Below, one piece after another: positions 1 to 8,211 of a DNA stretch of 37,948 nucleotides (positions within the stretch are counted from its first letter, which is position 1; every line of letters starts with the position of its first letter). This stretch comes from Planctomycetaceae bacterium (GTDB lineage Bacteria > Planctomycetota > Phycisphaerae > Phycisphaerales > SM1A02), in NCBI GenBank assembly GCA_027488415.1, contig JAIYBS010000210.1, forward strand, positions 1 to 37,948. The letters are read 5' to 3'. A program made the translations under genes and the position numbers. The notes beneath the pieces are model-generated. The model ran no database searches and was not told where the DNA came from. It was given only the letters and a program-made list of their open reading frames with translations.

Positions 1-999
1 GCCGACCGTCGCGGGGCGCGCACCCGCGTCGACGCCGGCGATGTCCACCATGTTGTGGTAGTTGCCGAGCGGCAGGCAGATGCACGTGCTCGCGTAGCCG
101 TAGCAGGCGAACGCGCTGGCCTCGCAGCCGCCTCCGGGCATCAGCTTGCGCTGCCAGCGGAACGCGGGATTCCGCTTCGACTCCGCGCTGAAGAGGTGCG
201 CGAGGTGGTTGGTCAGCTCGGGCGTGAACACGCTGATGCGGTCGCCCACGCGCAGGATCGCGCCCCCGCCGATCGGCGAGTCGTGCGGGAAGCTCCGCGA
301 GTTCTCCAGGCAGACGAGCCGCGCGTCCCTCGGGATCCAGCCGTTTCGGGCGGCGTGGATGGTGCCCACGAAGCCGACCTCCTCGGCCACGGTGAGGAGC
401 AGCCCGACGTGCGGCGACCCGCCCGTCTCCAGCATCTCGCCGAACGCGCACAGCGCGGCCGCGGCCGCGGCGAGGTCGTCGCAGGCATCGGTGTGGATGC
501 AGCCGTCGATGATCTCCGCGCGCGGGAAACGCCAGCGCGCGATGCAGCCGGGCGCCACGCCGGCCGACGGCCCCGCGAGCGTCGCCGTGACGGTCTTGAA
601 CGGCTTCGCCGCCGCGTCGAGCGAGGTGATCGTCGCCGGCACCGTGCCGCCGTCGTCGAGGACGACCTCGAGCTCCGCGCCGACGAAGTACGGGTCGTTC
701 ACGCCGCCGCGGAACTCGGCGCGGATCGACGCACCGTCCACCGCGGTCACCACGAACGCCGGGTGGTCGAGGTGCGCGGTGATGAGCATCAGCGGCACCT
801 GCGCGTCGCGCCGCCGCTGGGTGACCAGGTAGTTGCCCGCGTCGTCGCGGATGACCTCGAGCGACGCCGAGCGCGCCGCGAGCCAGCGGTCGAGGTAGGC
901 CATCACGCGGTGCTCGAGGCCGGCGGCCGTCGGGATCTGGGTGAGCTCGAGGAGCACCGCCTCGCGGGCGGCGCGCAGTTCGGGTGTCGGCGTGACCAT
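1..999 (-). CDS. M42/M20-type metallo-aminopeptidase-like protein (partial; C-terminus lies beyond window start)
   Basis: Absent from the ORF track because it has no stop inside the window. The reverse frame ending at nt 1 is open from ATG 999..997 (no tta/cta/tca in the forward triplets). It reads MVTPTPELRAAREAVLLELTQIPTAAGLEHRVMAYLDRW... Blocks ITAHLDHPAF, TDACDDLAAA, LTVAEEVGFVG and LGNYHN resemble the metal-ligand blocks of co-catalytic M42/M20 peptidases. GC3 is very high in this frame. Confidence 0.6.
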   Translation of the reverse strand, partial: MVTPTPELRAAREAVLLELTQIPTAAGLEHRVMAYLDRWLAARSASLEVIRDDAGNYLVTQRRRDAQVPLMLITAHLDHPAFVVTAVDGASIRAEFRGGVNDPYFVGAELEVVLDDGGTVPATITSLDAAAKPFKTVTATLAGPSAGVAPGCIARWRFPRAEIIDGCIHTDACDDLAAAAAALCAFGEMLETGGSPHVGLLLTVAEEVGFVGTIHAARNGWIPRDARLVCLENSRSFPHDSPIGGGAILRVGDRISVFTPELTNHLAHLFSAESKRNPAFRWQRKLMPGGGCEASAFACYGYASTCICLPLGNYHNMVDIAGVDAGARPATVG

Positions 1000-1092
1000 G
1001 CGCGCAGGGTATCGGCGAAAACGCGGCGAAATCGACGCCTTCCCGGCGGGCGGCGGCCGCCTCCCGGCGCCTCGCCTAACCTGCTCCGTTCC

Positions 1093-2292
1093 ATGCCGCT
1101 CAGCCCGATCCCCGAGATCCTCGCAGACCTCCGCGCCGGCAAGGCGATCGTGCTCGTCGACGACGAGAACCGCGAGAACGAGGGCGACTTCGTCGTCGCG
1201 GCGGAGTTCGTGACGCCGGAGATGGTGAACTTCCTGACGCGCGTCGGCGGCGGCTACCTCTGCGTGAGCCTCGACGGCGCCACCTGCGACCGGCTCGACC
1301 TGCACGCGCAGGTCGCGAGCAACACGAGCGTCCGGGGCACGCCGTTCACGGTGAGCGTCGACGGCCATCCGCGTCACGGCGTGGGAACCGGCATCAGCGC
1401 GAAGGACCGCTCGAAGACGATCCAGATGCTCATCGACCCGTCGATCCGCGCGGACGACTTCGTGCGGCCGGGGCACATCAACCCGCTGCGCGCGCGCGAC
1501 GGCGGCGTCCTGGTGCGCACCGGGCAGACCGAGGGAAGCGTCGACCTCTGCCGGCTCGCGGGACTGCGGCCCGCGGCCGCGATCATCGAGATCGTTCGTG
1601 AGGACGGTGAGATGGCGCGGGTGCCGGATCTCGAGGTGATCTGCGCACAGCACGGGCTGCGGATGTGCAGCGTCGAGCAGATCATCCGGCATCGCCTCGC
1701 GCACGAGGGGATGGTGCGGCGCATCGAGCCCGTCGCGGGCACGCCGTTCGAGACCCCGGAGGGCCGCTTCCGTCTCTTCGCGTGGGAGAGCGAGATCGAC
1801 GCGCTGCCGCACGTGGCGCTCTGCTTCGGCGGCGTCGGTGACCTCGGCGACGACGGTCGCCCGCGCCAGCGCACCGGCCCCGTGCTCGTGCGCATGCACC
1901 GGCGCGAGATGCTGTCCGACATCTTCGGTGTCCGCTGGGGCACCGAGGACGCGTCCGGCCAGGACGTGATCCGCGCGAGCCTCCGCGCCATCGCGCGGGC
2001 GGGCGAGGGCGCGCTCGTCTACCTGCGCACCGAGGGCGTCGGCGCGGACCTCGCCGGCCGGCTCGCGCGCATCCGCCGCCCGGCCGCCGACGACGTGAAC
2101 GCACCCGACCTGACCCGCCTCGATGGCCTCGGCGGGCAGCCGATGGACGAGCGGCTCTTCGGCGTGGGCGGGCAGATCCTGCGCGACCTCGGGCTCTCGG
2201 AGCTGCGCATCCTCTCGAACCACCCCAAGCCGATGCCGGGCCTTCACGGATTCGGCCTCGACATCGTCGAGCACGTGCCGATCCGGGGCTGA
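1093..2292 (+). CDS. ribB: 3,4-dihydroxy-2-butanone-4-phosphate synthase fused to a degenerate GTP cyclohydrolase II-like domain (RibBA/RibBX type)
   Basis: In-frame ATG 1093 inside track ORF 55..2292; the upstream 346 codons are antisense to the peptidase gene. The N-domain MPLSPIPEILADLRAGKAIVLVDDENRENEGDFVVAAEF...GQTEGSVDL is a canonical RibB. The C-domain aligns with RibA (VLVRMH..., LRILSNHPKP...IVEHVPI) but lacks the zinc cysteines. Confidence 0.9.
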   Translation: MPLSPIPEILADLRAGKAIVLVDDENRENEGDFVVAAEFVTPEMVNFLTRVGGGYLCVSLDGATCDRLDLHAQVASNTSVRGTPFTVSVDGHPRHGVGTGISAKDRSKTIQMLIDPSIRADDFVRPGHINPLRARDGGVLVRTGQTEGSVDLCRLAGLRPAAAIIEIVREDGEMARVPDLEVICAQHGLRMCSVEQIIRHRLAHEGMVRRIEPVAGTPFETPEGRFRLFAWESEIDALPHVALCFGGVGDLGDDGRPRQRTGPVLVRMHRREMLSDIFGVRWGTEDASGQDVIRASLRAIARAGEGALVYLRTEGVGADLAGRLARIRRPAADDVNAPDLTRLDGLGGQPMDERLFGVGGQILRDLGLSELRILSNHPKPMPGLHGFGLDIVEHVPIRG

Positions 2293-2314
2293 TCGGCGCG
2301 CGTATCGTTGGGGC

Positions 2315-3220
2315 ATGGTCCGGCTGCCTCGGTCGCTCGCGTGCTGTTCGGTGCTCGCCCTCGCCGCGGCCTCGTGCCGCGCAGGCGATCCGCCCGCGTC
2401 GCTCCCGCCCGCGGCCCCGGCTCCGCAGTCGGCTCCGCAGTCGGCCCCGCAGTCGGAGAGCGTCGCGCCCCGGTACGCCGATGCGGATGCGCTCCTCGCC
2501 GCCGTCGAGCGCGTCTCCGAGACGCTCCGTGACTTCAGCGCGAACGTCACGCTCGAGACCACCGACGACGTGACCGGCGACACGGAGCGGCGCCTCGGAC
2601 GGCTCGTGTTCGTGCAGGACGAGGGCAAGCCGACCACGCGTCGCTTCGCGGTGGTGTTCGACAAGTTCATCGACGGCAGCGGCCGCATGGACGAGCGCGC
2701 CATGCGCTACCTCTACGCCGACGGATGGCTCACCGAGGCGGATTTCACGCAGCGGACGCTGGTGCGCCGCCAGCTGGCGCGCCCGGGCGAGCAGTACGAC
2801 CCGCTGAAGCCCGGCGAGGGTCCCGTGCCGCTTCCCATCGGCCAGCGCAAGGCGGACGTGCTGGCGCGGTTCGAGGCAACGCTTGCCGAGGCGCCGCAGT
2901 CCGCGCTTCTCCTCAAGAGCGCGCGGCCGGTGGTGGGCGTGCGCCTGAGGCCGAAGGCCGGCGCCGCGGAGCGCGACCTGACCGAGGCGTTCGTCTGGTA
3001 CGACCTGCAGACGCTCGCGCCCGTTGGCGTCGAGGCGAACCGCGCGAACGGACGGACCGTCGTGAGCCTGCGCGGCGCGCAGCTGAACGCGGGCCTCGAC
3101 GATGCCCAGCGCGCGCTGCTCTCGCTCGCGACCGGCACGACCGACGGATGGCGCGTCGACGAGCGACCGCTGCCGGCCGCGGCATCCGGCGGCGCAGCCC
3201 CGGGCGGTGCGGCCCCGTGA
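2315..3220 (+). CDS. Secreted lipoprotein, possibly LolA-like / outer-membrane lipoprotein-sorting fold
   Basis: In-frame ATG 2315 within track ORF 2123..3220, 22 nt after the ribB stop. MVRLPRSLACCSVLALAAASC is a signal peptide plus lipobox (AASC). A Pro/Ala/Ser linker follows, then a beta-rich body (FSANVTLETTDD...RLVFVQ...YLYADGWL...VWYDL). The family call is tentative. Confidence 0.6.
   Translation: MVRLPRSLACCSVLALAAASCRAGDPPASLPPAAPAPQSAPQSAPQSESVAPRYADADALLAAVERVSETLRDFSANVTLETTDDVTGDTERRLGRLVFVQDEGKPTTRRFAVVFDKFIDGSGRMDERAMRYLYADGWLTEADFTQRTLVRRQLARPGEQYDPLKPGEGPVPLPIGQRKADVLARFEATLAEAPQSALLLKSARPVVGVRLRPKAGAAERDLTEAFVWYDLQTLAPVGVEANRANGRTVVSLRGAQLNAGLDDAQRALLSLATGTTDGWRVDERPLPAAASGGAAPGGAAP
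2420..2455 (+). repeat. Three tandem 12-bp units (gctccgcagtcg x2, gccccgcagtcg) encoding (APQS)3 in the lipoprotein linker
   Basis: Read directly from the sequence. The units are in frame and lie in the low-complexity linker after the lipobox. Confidence 0.9.
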
Positions 3221-5814
3221 TGCTCCGCGCCCAGTGGATCGGTGGGATCGGCGCGATCCGCGCGATCGGGGCGATCGCCGCGGCCGTGGCCATCGCCGTG
3301 CCGGCCTCGGGGCAGGCGGTGCCCGCGAAGGCCGAGCTCGCCCCGAGCGTGCGCATGGCGCTGCAGAGCACCGCGGTGTCGGACACCGAACGCGCCGCGC
3401 TCCGCCTTCGGCACGGCACCTGGGACGACGGCGACCTCCTCACGCCCGCCGACCGGGCGCGTGCCGCGCTCGCCACCTGGGACCTCGACGCTGACGCGCT
3501 CGGCGACCCGGCCGCGCCGGCTGCGCTGCGCGCGGAGGCGCTCGTCCGGGCGGGGCGGCCCGCGGACGCGCTGCCGCTCCTCGACGGTGCCTCGGATGCG
3601 CGCGGGCTCCTCGTGCGCGCGCTCGCGCTCGACGCGCTCGGCCGCAACGCGGAGGCCGTGGAAGCCGCGCGCCGCGCGAAGGCCGCCGGAGAGCAAGACG
3701 ACGCCGCGCGCGACGCGCGCATGGACGCGATCGAGGCGACGGCGCTCCTCGCACGTCTCGAAGGTCGCCCCGCGCGCGACTGGCAGGCGATGCTCGACGC
3801 GCTCGCGAAGCTGCGCGACGCGGACCAGCTCGACCCGCGGCCGCGGCTCCTCGAGGGCCGGCTCCTCGTCGAGAAGGACCGGTTCGAGGACGGCGTCGCC
3901 GCGCTCCGCGAGGCGCTCGCCCGCGACCTGCGCTGCGGTGAGGCGATCTACCTGCTCGGCCGCGTCGCCGTGCAGACCTTCGACTTCGACGGCGCGCGGC
4001 AGGCATCGGCGCTGCTGCTCGCGATCGACCGCGACCACCCGCTCGCGCCGCTCCTCGACGCGGAGGCGTCGCTGCAGTCGCGCGACGCCGAGACCGCCAC
4101 GAAGGTGCTCGACGTGCTGCTCGCCCGGTTCCCGGGCCACCGGCAGGCCATGGCGCTGCGGTCCGCGGCCGACGGCATGACCTTCGACATGGAGACGATG
4201 CGCAGCCGCCTCGGCGACCTCGATGCGCTGATGCCCGGCTCCCCGGTCGGGCCGTTCGAGGCGGGCCGCTTCCTCGCGCTCGGCCGGCAGTACGACGAGG
4301 CGGCCGAGCTGCTCGGCGAGGCCGCGCGCCGCGCGCCGGGATGGAGCGCGCCGGTCGCCGAGCTCGGGCTCCTCGAGATGCAGTCGGGCCGCGACGGCGA
4401 GGCGATGACCGCGCTCCGCCGCGCGGTCGAGCTCGACCCGTACGACCAGCGCGCACGCCACAGCCTGACGCTCGTCGAGATGCTCGCCGACTGGAAGCGC
4501 TTCGAGGGAACGCACTTCGTCGTGCGCTGCAAGCCCGGCATCGACGAGGCGCTCGCCGCGTGGATGCCGCAGGCCCTCGACGCCATGCAGGGCGACGTCA
4601 CCGTGTGGCTCGGGCACCTCCCGGCGCGCAAGACGGTGATCGAGCTGCACCCCGACCACAAGAGCCTCGCGGTGCGCATCACCGGCATGCCGTGGATCCA
4701 CACGATCGCCGCGAGCACCGGCCCGCTGATCGCGCTCGAGGCCCCGCGCGAGGGCGCGCCGCAGCTGCACCTCGGCACGTTCGACTGGCTCGAGGTGCTT
4801 CGCCACGAGTTCGTGCACACCGTGACGCTCGAGCAGACGCGCAACCGGATCCCGCACTGGTTCACCGAGGCGCTTGCGACGCGCCTCGAGACCAAGCCGC
4901 GCTCGTGGGAGACGGTGCAGATGCTCGCGCAGGCCTTCGAGTCCGACTCGCTGTTCGACCTCGATGCGATCAACTGGGCGTTCGTCCGCCCGAAGAAGAA
5001 GACCGACCGCGCGCAGGCCTACGCGCAGGGCGCGTGGATGGCGGAGTTCATCGAGAAGGAATGGGGCCGCGACGCGGTGCTGCGGCTCCTCGCGGAGTAC
5101 CGCGAGGGGCGTCCCGAGGCGCGCGCGTTCGCGGAGGTGCTCGGCGTCGACCGGGCTGCGTTCATGTCGCGGTTCCGCGCGCATGCGGAGCGCGACCTGA
5201 AGTCGTGGGGAATGCTCGCGGAGCCGTCGATGGCCTCGATCGTCGACGCGATCCGCGCGGAGACGGGCGCGGCCGAGGGAACCGTCGAGATCGACGACGC
5301 GCGGCTCGATGCGCTGCTCGCGAAGCACCCGGCGCACCCGGACCTGCTCGAGCTGTGGCTTCGTCGTCGGCTGAAGGGCGACGCGACGCCCGACGCGGCC
5401 GTCGCCGCGCGGCTCGCCGCGTACTCCGAGGCGCGGCCCGCGGACCCGTGGCCGCACCGCGTGCTCGCGAAGGCGCGGCTTGCGGACGGCGACCAGGCGG
5501 GCGCGGTGCCGCACCTCGAGGCGCTTGACGCGCGCGCCGATAATGACGCGAACTTTGCCCTGGAACTGGCCCGGATCGAGCGCGCCCGGAAGAATCTGCC
5601 GCGCGCGCTTGAACACGCGACCAAGGCGGCGAGAATCATGGCGTACGACCCGGCGACCAGGGAGTTCGTCGCCGCGATCGCGGTGGAGGCGGGCGACCTC
5701 GACGCGGCCCGCATGCACATCCAGGCGCTCGTGCGCCTGGAGCCTTCCGTGGCCAAGCACGCGCAGCGGCTGGCCAGGATCGACGAGATGATCGCGAAGC
5801 GACCGAAGCCCTGA
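3220..5814 (+). CDS. TPR-repeat protein with central HExxH (Peptidase_MA-like gluzincin) domain, secreted or membrane-anchored
   Basis: ATG 3220 shares one nt with the upstream TGA (GTGATG). There is an N-terminal hydrophobic signal/anchor (GAIAAAVAIAVPASGQA) and Ala/Leu-rich TPR-like repeats on both sides. HEFVH lies at 4804..4818, with a downstream Glu in WFTEALA at 4867..4869. The 1015-aa antisense ORF 2713..5760 is judged spurious. Confidence 0.8.
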   Translation: MLRAQWIGGIGAIRAIGAIAAAVAIAVPASGQAVPAKAELAPSVRMALQSTAVSDTERAALRLRHGTWDDGDLLTPADRARAALATWDLDADALGDPAAPAALRAEALVRAGRPADALPLLDGASDARGLLVRALALDALGRNAEAVEAARRAKAAGEQDDAARDARMDAIEATALLARLEGRPARDWQAMLDALAKLRDADQLDPRPRLLEGRLLVEKDRFEDGVAALREALARDLRCGEAIYLLGRVAVQTFDFDGARQASALLLAIDRDHPLAPLLDAEASLQSRDAETATKVLDVLLARFPGHRQAMALRSAADGMTFDMETMRSRLGDLDALMPGSPVGPFEAGRFLALGRQYDEAAELLGEAARRAPGWSAPVAELGLLEMQSGRDGEAMTALRRAVELDPYDQRARHSLTLVEMLADWKRFEGTHFVVRCKPGIDEALAAWMPQALDAMQGDVTVWLGHLPARKTVIELHPDHKSLAVRITGMPWIHTIAASTGPLIALEAPREGAPQLHLGTFDWLEVLRHEFVHTVTLEQTRNRIPHWFTEALATRLETKPRSWETVQMLAQAFESDSLFDLDAINWAFVRPKKKTDRAQAYAQGAWMAEFIEKEWGRDAVLRLLAEYREGRPEARAFAEVLGVDRAAFMSRFRAHAERDLKSWGMLAEPSMASIVDAIRAETGAAEGTVEIDDARLDALLAKHPAHPDLLELWLRRRLKGDATPDAAVAARLAAYSEARPADPWPHRVLAKARLADGDQAGAVPHLEALDARADNDANFALELARIERARKNLPRALEHATKAARIMAYDPATREFVAAIAVEAGDLDAARMHIQALVRLEPSVAKHAQRLARIDEMIAKRPKP

Positions 5815-5816
5815 CC

Positions 5817-8162
5817 ATGCGCCCTCGCATCGCCGCCATCCTCGCCGCGCTCGCCGGCTCGATGACCGGCGCCGATGCGGTCGCGCAGCTGCCGTTCGCG
5901 GCCAAGCCGACCTTCGCGGAGTGCACGCCGCTCCACTACCCGACGCGCGCGCGGCTCTTCGACATGGACGGCGACGGTGGCGACGACCTCGTCCTTCCCG
6001 GTCGCGACCGCGAGAAGATCCTCAATTGGTGCACGCTGCTTCCCGACGGCTCGTTCGGACCGATGCAGGTGCTGCCGATCGCGGGTCAGTGCGACGATGC
6101 GGTCGCCGCCGACGTGGACGGCGACGGCGCGCAGGAGCTGGTGCTCGTCATCCGCGCGTTTGCCGGAAAGGTGCAGGTGCTGCGGCGGACGAAGGCCGGC
6201 ACGCTTGCCGCGGACGCGCCCGTGACGCTCGACCGTGAGCCCCGGAGCGCCGTCGCCGGCGACTTCGACGGCGACGGCGACGTCGACCTCGCGGTGAGCT
6301 TCTACGGCAGCGAGCACCTCGCGGTGCTGCGCAACGACGGCACCGGCGCGTTCGCCGCGGCACAGCGGATCCGCGTGGATCCGTGGTCGGGCGGGACGCC
6401 CGGCCCGCAGGACGTGATGTCCGCGGACCTCGACGGCGACGGCCGGAGCGACCTCGTCGTCGGCTGCATCGGGACGCGCCGCTTCGACGTGTTCATCGGC
6501 CGCGCCGACGGATCGTTCGCGCCGCCCGTGTCGTGGCTCGCGCCGGACTTCCCCGGCGTGACGCGGCCCGCGGTCGTCGGCTTCGACCTCGGCGACATCG
6601 ACGGTGACGGCGACGTCGACATCCTGGCGCCGCTCCTCTCGTCGACGAGCGGCCAGCCGCTCGTGGGCTTCCTCAACGACGGCGCGGGCGGCTTCGGGGA
6701 GCGCACGCTCCTTGCCTCCACGGCGAGCGGTGCGGGGTACCACTGGGGCGCGCGGCTCTGCGACTTCGACGGCGACGGCCGGCTCGACGCGCTCACCAGC
6801 ACCGCGCTTCCCGGGAACGTCTTCGTGTGGCGGAACGTCGGGACGCCGGGTTCGCCCGCGTTCGCGGCGGCAGGCCGTCTCGACTACTCGAGCTTCGCGC
6901 GCGACATGCTCTGCACGAACATGGACGGCGACTGCGACCCGGACGTGGTGATCGCGGACATCGCGGGCCACTACGTGCTCGGCTACCTGAACCTGCGCGA
7001 CTGCGCCTCGTTCGCGCCGCCGGGCGGCGGTTCGGGCGGCGGCGGCGCGGAGGCGTCGTACTCGTTCGGTTCCTCCGAGGCGGTCGAGATCGCGCTCCGT
7101 CTCGCGGCGGCCGGGCCGTCACCGGAGCTGGCGGGGACGGCCTTCGCCGATCCTCCCGCGGCGTGCGGCCCCGCCGGCGCGGGCGGCCGGTGCGACGAAC
7201 CGCACGCGACCCCCGGCTGCTTCACGACGCCCTGCTGCGAGGTGGTCTGCGGCATCGCGCCCGATTGCTGCGTGATCGCGTGGGACCAGCTGTGCGTCGA
7301 CATCGCCGACACCGAGTGCAACGGGCTCGTCTGCCCGTCCTACGGCGCGTGCGATGAGGTGCACGAGGACCCGGGCTGCGAGGACCCGGACTGCTGCGCG
7401 CGCATCACGCGGCTCGACGGCTACTGCGACGGCGCCACGTGGGACCGGGTGTGCGTGGAACGGGCGGTTGCGCTGTGCGGGCTTCCGCCGTGCACGATCG
7501 ACATCCCGCCGGATGCGCAGCCCGACGCCGAACCCTGCTACGACCGCCTCGACGACGGCGCGACGACGGACGGCGCGGTGCGTTCCCTCTCGCTCGGCCA
7601 GCGGGTCGCCGGCAGCTGCACGACCGGCGCGCCGCGTGACGCCGACTGGCATGCCATCGTCGTGCCCGCCGGCGCGCTGCGCGTGGTCCGCCTGCGCATC
7701 GACGCGGAGTTCCCCGCGGAGGTGCACGTGCTGCAGGGCGCGATGGCGGGCCCGCTACGGATGAGGACGAGCTCGTTCGGGGGCCGGTGCGGGCAGTTCA
7801 CCGTCGATGTCCTCGCCGGCGGCCCGGAGCCCACCTACGCGGTGGTGACGATGGGCATGGAAGCGGGCCCGATCCGCGGCGGCCAGCCGTGCACGACGCC
7901 CGATCCGGACAACCCGCCGCCGCCCGACGAGCCGCCGCCGGTGCCCGGCTTCGACGGCGCGCGATACGTGCTGGCGGCCGTGTGCCTCGACTGCGGGATC
8001 GTGGGCGACCTCGACGGCGACGGCGACGTGGACGGCGCGGACCTCGGCCTGCTGCTCGGGGAATTCGGGATTTCCGGCCCCTCGGTCGCGGATCTCAACC
8101 GCGACGGGCGCGTCACCGGCGCCGACCTCGGCATCCTGCTCGGGGCGTGGTCGGCGGGCTGA
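5817..8162 (+). CDS. Secreted FG-GAP/VCBS seven-blade propeller protein with duplicated Cys-rich module, PPC-like domain and C-terminal twin dockerin-like repeat
   Basis: ATG 5817 is 2 nt after the upstream stop, with signal peptide AALAGSMTGADAVAQ. Seven DxDGDG loops are present: DMDGDGGDD, DVDGDGAQE, DFDGDGDVD, DLDGDGRSD, DIDGDGDVD, DFDGDGRLD and NMDGDCDPD. The Cys-rich repeats span 7164..7478, followed by a DADWH pre-peptidase-C-terminal-like segment. The C-terminus is GDLDGDGDVDGADLGLLLGEFG...ADLNRDGRVTGADLGILLGAWSAG (8004..8159). Confidence 0.85.
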   Translation: MRPRIAAILAALAGSMTGADAVAQLPFAAKPTFAECTPLHYPTRARLFDMDGDGGDDLVLPGRDREKILNWCTLLPDGSFGPMQVLPIAGQCDDAVAADVDGDGAQELVLVIRAFAGKVQVLRRTKAGTLAADAPVTLDREPRSAVAGDFDGDGDVDLAVSFYGSEHLAVLRNDGTGAFAAAQRIRVDPWSGGTPGPQDVMSADLDGDGRSDLVVGCIGTRRFDVFIGRADGSFAPPVSWLAPDFPGVTRPAVVGFDLGDIDGDGDVDILAPLLSSTSGQPLVGFLNDGAGGFGERTLLASTASGAGYHWGARLCDFDGDGRLDALTSTALPGNVFVWRNVGTPGSPAFAAAGRLDYSSFARDMLCTNMDGDCDPDVVIADIAGHYVLGYLNLRDCASFAPPGGGSGGGGAEASYSFGSSEAVEIALRLAAAGPSPELAGTAFADPPAACGPAGAGGRCDEPHATPGCFTTPCCEVVCGIAPDCCVIAWDQLCVDIADTECNGLVCPSYGACDEVHEDPGCEDPDCCARITRLDGYCDGATWDRVCVERAVALCGLPPCTIDIPPDAQPDAEPCYDRLDDGATTDGAVRSLSLGQRVAGSCTTGAPRDADWHAIVVPAGALRVVRLRIDAEFPAEVHVLQGAMAGPLRMRTSSFGGRCGQFTVDVLAGGPEPTYAVVTMGMEAGPIRGGQPCTTPDPDNPPPPDEPPPVPGFDGARYVLAAVCLDCGIVGDLDGDGDVDGADLGLLLGEFGISGPSVADLNRDGRVTGADLGILLGAWSAG

Positions 8163-8211
8163 GCGGGGCGTTTTTCCTCGCATTTCGCGCGGACTGGGCT
8201 ATGTTTCCCCG

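Noticed and set aside
55-1092. N-terminal 346 codons of track ORF 55..2292 as an extension of RibB
   Set aside because: This part is antisense to the peptidase gene and has no RibB similarity. RibB similarity begins right at M(1093)PLSPIPEIL.
1000-1092. Possible FMN (RFN) riboswitch upstream of the riboflavin gene
   Set aside because: The spacer is only 93 nt, shorter than an RFN element, and I see none of its conserved core segments.
2713-5760. 1015-aa minus-strand ORF, nearly coextensive with the 3220..5814 plus-strand gene
   Set aside because: The translation is Arg/Ala/Gly/Leu-rich low complexity with no recognisable family. The plus frame has a signal peptide, TPR-like repeats, HExxH and high GC3. 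This is a typical antisense shadow ORF of a high-GC genome.
8163-8211. T-run (gcggggcgtttttcc) after the FG-GAP gene as an intrinsic terminator
   Set aside because: No stable stem precedes the T-run.
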